A stretch of 64,000 nucleotides of DNA, taken from NCBI GenBank assembly GCA_964411275.1, contig CAYPKG010000002.1, positions 25,669-89,668 of the forward strand, given 5' to 3'. The notes under the pieces are model-generated. The model saw only the letters and a list, made by a program, of their open reading frames with translations, was not told the DNA's origin and ran no database searches. This document shows, piece after piece, positions 57,625 through 64,000 of the stretch. Source of the stretch: an uncultured Oscillospiraceae bacterium. Lineage in GTDB: Bacteria > Bacillota > Clostridia > Christensenellales > CAG-138. Made by a program: the position numbers and the translations under genes. Positions within the stretch are counted from its first letter, which is position 1. Each line of letters starts with the position of its first letter.

Positions 57625-57702
57625 GTCAAAATCACCGCGCACAAGGTGAACTGCCGCGAAGCGGCAGGAGAAGGTCCCCTGGGGGATGTCGCTGATTTTG
57701 AC
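57625..57702. repeat. Small MITE-like element with terminal inverted repeats
   Basis: gtcaaaatca (57625-57634) and tgattttgac (57693-57702) bound an internal hairpin ctgccgc-gaa-gcggcag. Confidence 0.55.
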
Positions 57703-57799
57703 GGATTTTACTCTGCTCATCGCATTTCCTGAAGGCCGCGCTTGACGAATAGCCGCGACTTTCGGCTTTTGCGCTTGAAAAGTGGAAATTGGGGGTAGC

Positions 57800-58489
57800 A
57801 TGAGGGTTTTTGCCATAGGGGATCTGCATTTATCCGGGGCGGTGAATAAGCCCATGGATATTTTCGGAGCCGCGTGGGATCATCATGCCGACAGGATTGC
57901 CGCCGCCTGGAATGATCTGGTGTCATCAGAGGATCTGGTGTTGTTGCCGGGGGATTTTAGCTGGGCCATGCATTTGGAGGATGTGCTCCCTGATTTTGAA
58001 TTTCTACGCGGGCTGCCTGGGAAAAAGGCGCTGATTAGAGGAAACCATGATTATTGGTGGAGCAGCGTCACAAAGGTGCGCAGGCTATTGCCCGAGGGGA
58101 CGTACGCTTTGCAAAATGAATGCATCGACATTGGCGGGCTGGAGATTGTGGGCACCCGCGGATGGGTTTGTCCAGGCAGCGTGGGGTTTGACCCCAAGGT
58201 GGATCAAAAGATATATGACCGGGAGGTCAATCGGCTAAAGCTGTCGCTTTTGGGGTTAACCGGAAAACCCTCTGTGGCGATGCTGCATTACCCGCCCTTT
58301 AACGAGGGCAGGGAGGAGAGCGGCTTTACAAAACTGCTGGAGGAGGCTGGCGTTCCTTTGGTGGTGTATGGGCATCTTCACGGGCGCAGCTGCAGGATTG
58401 CATTTGAAGGAAAGCGAAACGGGGTGGATTACCGGCTGGTCAGTGCCGATCATGTGGGATTTGCGCCGAAATTTCTTTTTGAAATATAA
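57800..58489 (+). CDS. Calcineurin-like metallophosphoesterase
   Basis: Motifs GDLH, PGDFSWA, GNHDYWW, MLHYPP and YGHLH. Confidence 0.92.
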   Translation: MRVFAIGDLHLSGAVNKPMDIFGAAWDHHADRIAAAWNDLVSSEDLVLLPGDFSWAMHLEDVLPDFEFLRGLPGKKALIRGNHDYWWSSVTKVRRLLPEGTYALQNECIDIGGLEIVGTRGWVCPGSVGFDPKVDQKIYDREVNRLKLSLLGLTGKPSVAMLHYPPFNEGREESGFTKLLEEAGVPLVVYGHLHGRSCRIAFEGKRNGVDYRLVSADHVGFAPKFLFEI

Positions 58490-58567
58490 GTGATTGGCGA
58501 TAAGGGGACGCAATGGCGTCCTTTTTTATTTTTATTATGAAAAAATTGTGAAACCAATAGATTCCAC

Positions 58568-58596
58568 TCATATCTTCACTTGTTTGGGACAAATTA
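58568..58596 (+). promoter_or_regulatory. Putative sigmaG (forespore) promoter of the ssp genes
   Basis: TCATA-17 nt-CAAATTA resembles the sigmaG consensus GHATA..CAWAHTA. Confidence 0.55.
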
Positions 58597-58627
58597 AGAC
58601 TATATTCGTGGAAAGGAGGCAAACACA

Positions 58628-58822
58628 ATGGCAAGGAATAATGTACTGGTCCCCGAAGCCAAAGAGGCAATGGATAGGTTCAAGTCCGAGGTCGCGTCTT
58701 CCCTGAACGTGAACCTGAAGCAGGGCTACAATGGCGACTTGACAACCCGCGAAGCCGGTTCGATCGGCGGCGAGATGGTCAAGCGTATGATCGCGTATGC
58801 TGAGCAGAATATGCCTAAGTAA
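58628..58822 (+). CDS. Alpha/beta-type small acid-soluble spore protein
   Basis: Sequence LVPEAKEAMDRFKSEVASSL..NGDLTTREAGSIGGEMVKRMI. Confidence 0.95.
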   Translation: MARNNVLVPEAKEAMDRFKSEVASSLNVNLKQGYNGDLTTREAGSIGGEMVKRMIAYAEQNMPK

Positions 58823-58860
58823 CAACGCGGATAAAAAATCTGTAGAAAGGAGCAACAACA

Positions 58861-59070
58861 ATGGCTAGAAACAGCGTATTGATACCCGAGACCAAATCCT
58901 CTCTGGACCAATTCAAGAACGAGGTAGCTTCCTCCCTCAACGTGAACCTGAAGAAGGGCTACAACGGCGACTTGACCTCCCGCGAGGCTGGTTCCATCGG
59001 CGGCGAAATGGTGAAACGCATGATCTCTTATGCGGAACAAAATATGAACAGCGGCAGCATGATGCGCTAA
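58861..59070 (+). CDS. Alpha/beta-type small acid-soluble spore protein (tandem paralogue)
   Basis: Sequence LDQFKNEVASSL..NGDLTSREAGSIGGEMVKRMI. Confidence 0.95.
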   Translation: MARNSVLIPETKSSLDQFKNEVASSLNVNLKKGYNGDLTSREAGSIGGEMVKRMISYAEQNMNSGSMMR

Positions 59071-59082
59071 TGTTCTTTTGAA

Positions 59083-59120
59083 TAAAAAAGGCTTCTTCCA
59101 ATTCGGAGGAAGCCTTTTTG
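59083..59120 (+). terminator. Rho-independent terminator after the ssp pair
   Basis: aaaaaaggcttcttcc-aattc-ggaggaagccttttt. Confidence 0.8.
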
Positions 59121-59184
59121 GATAAATGCCGAACACTTGAATGCGGTTTTGCTGTATAATACAGTTTGAAAGGAAGTTGAGGAT

Positions 59185-60126
59185 ATGACAGACACAACCG
59201 CAAAACATTTCTCCACGTGGAAGGTCTATTGCAATAGCAATTTTTGGGCTAAACGAGGACAAGGGCGGCCTGGGATAGAAATACCCGTTGGTGTTCGGTT
59301 TGATTGGGAGGGACAAGCCTTCTTTGTTCCGTCGGTATATTCCTGCTTTAAGGGGCTGGTGGTGGATGTTTGCATTGAGACGCCGGCAAAGGAAATCTGC
59401 GGGATCCAGGCAGAAATCGAAACACCGCCCGACGGCTTTTCATATACGCCGGAAATATGGATGAACGGCAGGGCGCTGAAATACCAATGTGGTTGTAGCC
59501 TTTCTTGGAATCCCTGTATGCCGGAGGATAATCCGGGAGAGGCGAAAGCCGTACTGGACCACTATAACCTTGATCCGGAACAGTGGTGGACAATATCCCG
59601 GTATTCCTTCCCATGGGGGCGCTCGCGCAGGCCCGAGATCAACACCCTGAGTCTGACACTTCACCCGGATTTGGTTGCGTTGCCCGGCCTGGTGTTTCAA
59701 GGGAAATTTGCTGGGGAAAGGATCGAGTTTACCCATCCCCAAACTGGCGCAGAACATGTGCTGACGGTGGAAAAACTGGAGAGGAAGGAGCTGCCGCGAA
59801 ATTTCCTGGCGGAGCATTTGCTTGGGTTTCCCAGGCACTACATGGCATTAACATATGCCCTTGATTTACCCAGGGAAGGCTTCTCTCTGGTCGACCAAAT
59901 AAAAAGCGATCCCCTTTACCAAATAAAGGAAAACTCCCAAAGATCTGCAATCGGCATCATCGGCGGCGCGGACGGGCCGACCGCCATTTACATCACCGGC
60001 GGCAAAGCGGAGCCTGGACTGCGGACAGCCTGCTCGTCCCTGCATTACAGCGATGAATTTGAAGTTGCCTGGCAGATGATTTTTCACGTAAAAAACCGCG
60101 CCGATGTGACCGCGGTACTGATTTAA
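59185..60126 (+). CDS. Hypothetical soluble protein containing a GIIGGADGPT motif
   Basis: 313-aa ORF with its own TATAAT -10 and RBS. No long hydrophobic segments. Confidence 0.75.
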   Translation: MTDTTAKHFSTWKVYCNSNFWAKRGQGRPGIEIPVGVRFDWEGQAFFVPSVYSCFKGLVVDVCIETPAKEICGIQAEIETPPDGFSYTPEIWMNGRALKYQCGCSLSWNPCMPEDNPGEAKAVLDHYNLDPEQWWTISRYSFPWGRSRRPEINTLSLTLHPDLVALPGLVFQGKFAGERIEFTHPQTGAEHVLTVEKLERKELPRNFLAEHLLGFPRHYMALTYALDLPREGFSLVDQIKSDPLYQIKENSQRSAIGIIGGADGPTAIYITGGKAEPGLRTACSSLHYSDEFEVAWQMIFHVKNRADVTAVLI

Positions 60127-60134
60127 GCCGTTAT

Positions 60135-61157
60135 TTATTCCAATGAAAGAAAATACTCCGCCAAGCCGCCGAACAATCCAGCCGCGCAGGACTTCTGGTA
60201 CGCGTCCCGGTTGAGCCGTACATCCTCGGTGGGATTGGACAAAAAACCAAGCTCCGCTGTGATCACGGGGGCGTTGGACCAATTAAATCCGGTTTGCTCC
60301 GCCGTTTCCACGACGGAACGCTTGCTTGCGCCTGTTTCGTCGCACAAAGCGTTGAGGGTGGCTTTGGCCAGCTTTGCGCTGTTGCCGGAGATAGCACTGT
60401 TGCCGCTTGTGCTGGGGGTTAATACGCTGATGCCGGATTTATCCCGCTCTGAGCTGAAATCGCAATGAACGCGCACCCAACAGTCCACGTTTGCATCGTT
60501 CATGAGCTTTGCCCGGTCTATATTCGACAAGGAAACGTCGTTTTTCGTGCGGGTCATGATGACAGTGGCTCCTGCGTCGGCGAGAAGCTTTTTGAGCTTT
60601 TTCGCGATTTGCAGGTTTGTTTCATATTCATAGATGCCCGTTTTCGCGCCAACCGCCCCAACGCTCATCTTTTCCTTTGTTCGGGAGGAGCCGGGCGAAA
60701 TGGGCTCCAGCGAGAGGTCTGCGTTGAGTTGATGCCCTGGATCGATGCCGATGACTTTGCCGTTCAGCACGTTTTTCAGCGCGGCGGCGGCCTCTTCCTC
60801 GATGCTCGTGATGTCCGCCGTGAGGATGCTGATGCTCTGATTGTCGTTGACTTGGGCGGCAGCGTATTGATCGATTGTTTCCTGATTAAACTCGCCGTCA
60901 GCGTTGACGCCCAGCATGCGCTGCAGCTGGCGCACGGCGGCGGCGGTATCCTCGCCGTAAACGCCGTCTGCCCGCTCGTTAAACAGGCCCAGCTCCTGTA
61001 ATCCGTTTTGCAAATTTGTCACATGCAGGCCCAGATCCCCCGTTTTAAGAACACGGGCGGGCAGATATGGCAAAGCCAGCGCGGCGGGCGCGCAGCTTAA
61101 AAATATAAGCAATGTCAGAAACAAGCATACATACTTGTGTCGTGTCAATTTCGTCAT
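60135..61157 (-). CDS. N-acetylmuramoyl-L-alanine amidase (Amidase_3) with PG-binding domain
   Basis: Signal peptide, PG_binding_1 (LQNGLQELG..DGVYG.DTAAAVRQLQ) and zinc/catalytic motifs IDPGH, EYETNL, RVH and AELGFLSN. Confidence 0.92.
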   Translation of the reverse strand: MTKLTRHKYVCLFLTLLIFLSCAPAALALPYLPARVLKTGDLGLHVTNLQNGLQELGLFNERADGVYGEDTAAAVRQLQRMLGVNADGEFNQETIDQYAAAQVNDNQSISILTADITSIEEEAAAALKNVLNGKVIGIDPGHQLNADLSLEPISPGSSRTKEKMSVGAVGAKTGIYEYETNLQIAKKLKKLLADAGATVIMTRTKNDVSLSNIDRAKLMNDANVDCWVRVHCDFSSERDKSGISVLTPSTSGNSAISGNSAKLAKATLNALCDETGASKRSVVETAEQTGFNWSNAPVITAELGFLSNPTEDVRLNRDAYQKSCAAGLFGGLAEYFLSLE

Positions 61158-61386
61158 GTGATGGATCTCCTGCACCCAAATCCCTTGGGTATTCCAGTGA
61201 CGTCCTAAGTCACCTTAAATCATTGCAATTAGTTTACCATCCTATTACGCATTTGTCATGAGAAAAACATAAACAAACTGTAAATTCAGCCGGATGGCCG
61301 CTATTCCATAACAAATGTCCCTGTGGTACAATAGCCTAAGCTATATAATGGAAGCCCGCTGAAAATAGCGTTATTTGGAGGAAACC

Positions 61387-63489
61387 ATGGAATTATTATC
61401 CCCCGCCGGAAGTTGGGAGAGCATGATAGCAGCCGTGCAAAACGGAGCGGACGCAGTGTATCTGGGCGGCGGCCGGTTCAGCGCCCGACGGTTTGCGAAG
61501 AATTTTACCACAGACGATGATTTAAGCCGGGCCCTCGATTACTGCCATGTACGGGATGTGCGGGTGCAGGTGACGGTGAATACCCTGCTTCTCGACCGGG
61601 AGATGGAGGAGGCGCTTTCCTATGCCGCTTTTTTGTATGAGGCGGGGGCGGACGCGCTGATCGTACAGGACCTGGGGCTTGCGGCTTTGATACGCCAGCA
61701 GCTTCCAAAGCTGCCGCTGTATGCCAGCACCCAGATGGCCGTCCACGATAAAAACGGCTTGGAACAGCTGGCGATGATGGGGTTCTCCAGGGCGGTGCTG
61801 GCGCGTGAATTGCGGCTATGTGAAATCGAACAGCTTCACAGGCAATGCGAAATGCCTTTGGAGTGCTTTGCCCATGGGGCGCTGTGCACGGCTGTATCGG
61901 GCATGTGCCTGTTTTCCTCCATGGCGGGCGGACGCAGCGGAAACCGGGGCGCGTGTGCCCAGCCCTGCCGCAAAGCATATACAACCGAATACGAAAAAGG
62001 GCGGAAGACGGGATACCCATTGAGCCTTGGGGATCTGTCCATGCTGTTTCATGTAAAAGAGCTTGCTAGCGCGGGGGTCTCGAGCATCAAGCTGGAAGGC
62101 AGGATGAAGCGGCCGGAATATGTGGCGGCGGTGACACGGGCGTACCGCATGGCGCTTTCCGGCGCGTCTGAAAAGGAGCTGCGCGAAGCGATAAACGCAG
62201 CCAACCGGATATTCAACAGAGGCGAAGCGGGAACCGGGTATTACTTTGCCCAGGCGGACGTAGCTGCCAACCGCCGCGGTGCGTTGAGCGATGAGCAATC
62301 GCCATTGAGCGAAATGCGCGAAACATACCGCCGGGAGAATAAGCGGCGGGATATGACAGGCGTGTTAACCCTCATGGTGGGGGAACCCGCGCGGCTGAAG
62401 CTCGCTTTGGGCGAAACAGAGGTTGTCGCCCAAACGGCCGAACCGGTGCAGCCGGCTGGCAAAACGCCTGATGCACAGCGCTATCGCGCCCAGGTGGGAA
62501 AGCTTTTCGACACGCCCTTCACCATGACCGATTGCCGGGTGGAAATGCCGGTAGCGGCTTATATCAGCGCGGCGGCGCTCAACGGGCTAAGGCGGCAGGG
62601 GGTGTCTCTGCTCATGGACAAGCTCGCCTGGCGGCGGGAAGGCGTTTCGGTTACATTGCCTCAACTCGTTGTGGCCAATAAGGAGGAAAACGCCTGTCCG
62701 GTAATCGCAATCGCGCCAAACGCGGGCGGGGTTATCTCGGCGGTGGAGGCGGGGGCGGACATGGTCGCGCTGTCCCCAAATTGCTATGATATGAAATTCC
62801 TGTTGCCGCTGTTAGAGGAATTGCAGCCTCTTCGACACAAAGCAAAGCTGCTGTTGCAGTTGCCCGCCGCGGCAATGGAGAAAGAGGAGCAGGGGTGGCT
62901 CACCACCGTCCTCAACCCAGCGCTTCTTGACGGGGGGATCGCCCAGCACATGAGCCAGCTGGCGTATCTGGAGCCGCTGACAATCAAAATTGCCGGGCCG
63001 CTTTGCAACGCCGCCAATGGCTATAGCGTGGCGGCGCTCAGGGCGCTGGGGTTTGACCGGGTAGCGGCTTCGCTGGAGCTGAACCGGGGGCAGATGCGGG
63101 ACATGATCCGGCGGGACGGCGTTGGGGCCTATGCCTACGGACGGGCGGCGCTGATGCAGCTGTTGCATTGTCCGGTCAAGGCGGGATTTGGCTGCCAGCA
63201 ATGCGCGCTTGGCGGGGGTGCCCTCGTCGACGAGGCGGGGCGGCGCTTTTCACTGGACCCGGTGCATGGGTCCGAGCGCTGTCTCATTCGGGTGCGAAAT
63301 TGCGAAATCTTGGATATACTCCATGATGTGTCGGCACTACCCCGGCCGGATTTTCTTCTTTTGGAGTTTACCGACGAGAATGAAGCAGAGGTGCGAGAGC
63401 GTGTCGCTGCAGGGGTGCTTGCCAGGGCGGGGGAGACGCCTGTGCGTATGGGCACAACCCGGGGGCATTGGAACCGGGGCTGGGATTGA
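61387..63489 (+). CDS. U32 family protein with C-terminal extension (RlhA-like, probable RNA hydroxylase)
   Basis: Motifs ELLSPAG, GADAVYLGG, HGALC.AVSG.C..SS, RSGNRGACAQPCR and SIKLEGRMK. Confidence 0.88.
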   Translation: MELLSPAGSWESMIAAVQNGADAVYLGGGRFSARRFAKNFTTDDDLSRALDYCHVRDVRVQVTVNTLLLDREMEEALSYAAFLYEAGADALIVQDLGLAALIRQQLPKLPLYASTQMAVHDKNGLEQLAMMGFSRAVLARELRLCEIEQLHRQCEMPLECFAHGALCTAVSGMCLFSSMAGGRSGNRGACAQPCRKAYTTEYEKGRKTGYPLSLGDLSMLFHVKELASAGVSSIKLEGRMKRPEYVAAVTRAYRMALSGASEKELREAINAANRIFNRGEAGTGYYFAQADVAANRRGALSDEQSPLSEMRETYRRENKRRDMTGVLTLMVGEPARLKLALGETEVVAQTAEPVQPAGKTPDAQRYRAQVGKLFDTPFTMTDCRVEMPVAAYISAAALNGLRRQGVSLLMDKLAWRREGVSVTLPQLVVANKEENACPVIAIAPNAGGVISAVEAGADMVALSPNCYDMKFLLPLLEELQPLRHKAKLLLQLPAAAMEKEEQGWLTTVLNPALLDGGIAQHMSQLAYLEPLTIKIAGPLCNAANGYSVAALRALGFDRVAASLELNRGQMRDMIRRDGVGAYAYGRAALMQLLHCPVKAGFGCQQCALGGGALVDEAGRRFSLDPVHGSERCLIRVRNCEILDILHDVSALPRPDFLLLEFTDENEAEVRERVAAGVLARAGETPVRMGTTRGHWNRGWD

Positions 63490-63517
63490 GGACTGGGATA
63501 TGAAGGAGGGAATATTT

Positions 63518-64000
63518 ATGGAGCAGCGGGTGCTGTCCATTTTAGAATTTGATAAGATACGTGAGATGCTACAGCAGTATACCGTTTCGTCCATCGGGCA
63601 GGAGCTTGCAAAACACCTAATGCCAACCTGGGATGAGGCAGAGGCGCGCATACTTTTGAAGCAGACGGCGGAAGCCGCCCGCTTTTACGCCAGAGGCGGC
63701 GGGCAAAGCCCTGTGGAGGGTTTTGACGACATGCGCATGACACTCAAGCGGGTTCGCGCGGCGCTGTCGCTCTCGGCCGGAGAATTGCTGGGGGCCGCCC
63801 GGTGCCTGCGGGTCAGCCGCACCGCAAAAGAGCGGCTGCAACAAACCGATGCGGAAGAGCCGCTGACGTTGTTGAGCCATATGGCAAGCCAGCTGTGCGC
63901 CTACAGAAGCCTGGAGGAGGAGATTTCCCGCTGCATCATCAGCGCGGACGAGATTTCAGACGCGGCCTCGCCGGCCCTTGCGGACATCAGGCGGCAGATG
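63518..64000 (+). CDS. mutS2: MutS2 protein, 5' part (truncated by window end)
   Basis: Sequence LSILEFDKIREML..S.IG.E..L.P..LS.GEL..I.D.ASP.L.DIR. GGAGG RBS. Confidence 0.9.
   Translation, partial: MEQRVLSILEFDKIREMLQQYTVSSIGQELAKHLMPTWDEAEARILLKQTAEAARFYARGGGQSPVEGFDDMRMTLKRVRAALSLSAGELLGAARCLRVSRTAKERLQQTDAEEPLTLLSHMASQLCAYRSLEEEISRCIISADEISDAASPALADIRRQM

Overview
Core chromosomal segment of a GC-rich, spore-forming member of the Clostridia. Evidence for this assignment is polC, two alpha/beta SASP genes, lonB and yunB. Housekeeping content: the tail of the dcw cluster (yggS-sepF-divIVA-like), glyA, asnA, frr-uppS-cdsA-dxr-rseP-ispG-polC, thyA-folA, rpsU, infC-rpmI-rplT with an L20 leader and ATT start, argGH with ARG boxes, lonB-lon-engB, a U32 family gene and the start of mutS2. 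There are two tRNAs, Val-CAC and Leu-CAA, each next to small AT-richer accessory patches. I found no CRISPR array, integrase, transposase, reverse transcriptase or phage gene. The most notable non-routine observations are: (1) a dispersed palindromic repeat present four times, always just 3' of a stop codon in the same orientation; (2) an ECF sigma factor whose putative anti-sigma carries four SH3b-like domains; (3) a FeoA-(His/Cys-rich linker)-FeoB fusion preceded by a DtxR-type rather than Fur-type palindrome; (4) a preQ1-I riboswitch variant with an inserted hairpin upstream of queT; (5) a tRNA-Val-derived inverted/direct repeat element; (6) an Ig-domain NlpC/P60 hydrolase coupled to a type I membrane protein; (7) several uncharacterised proteins with striking motifs. 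All family calls come from motif recognition by eye; no database search was run.
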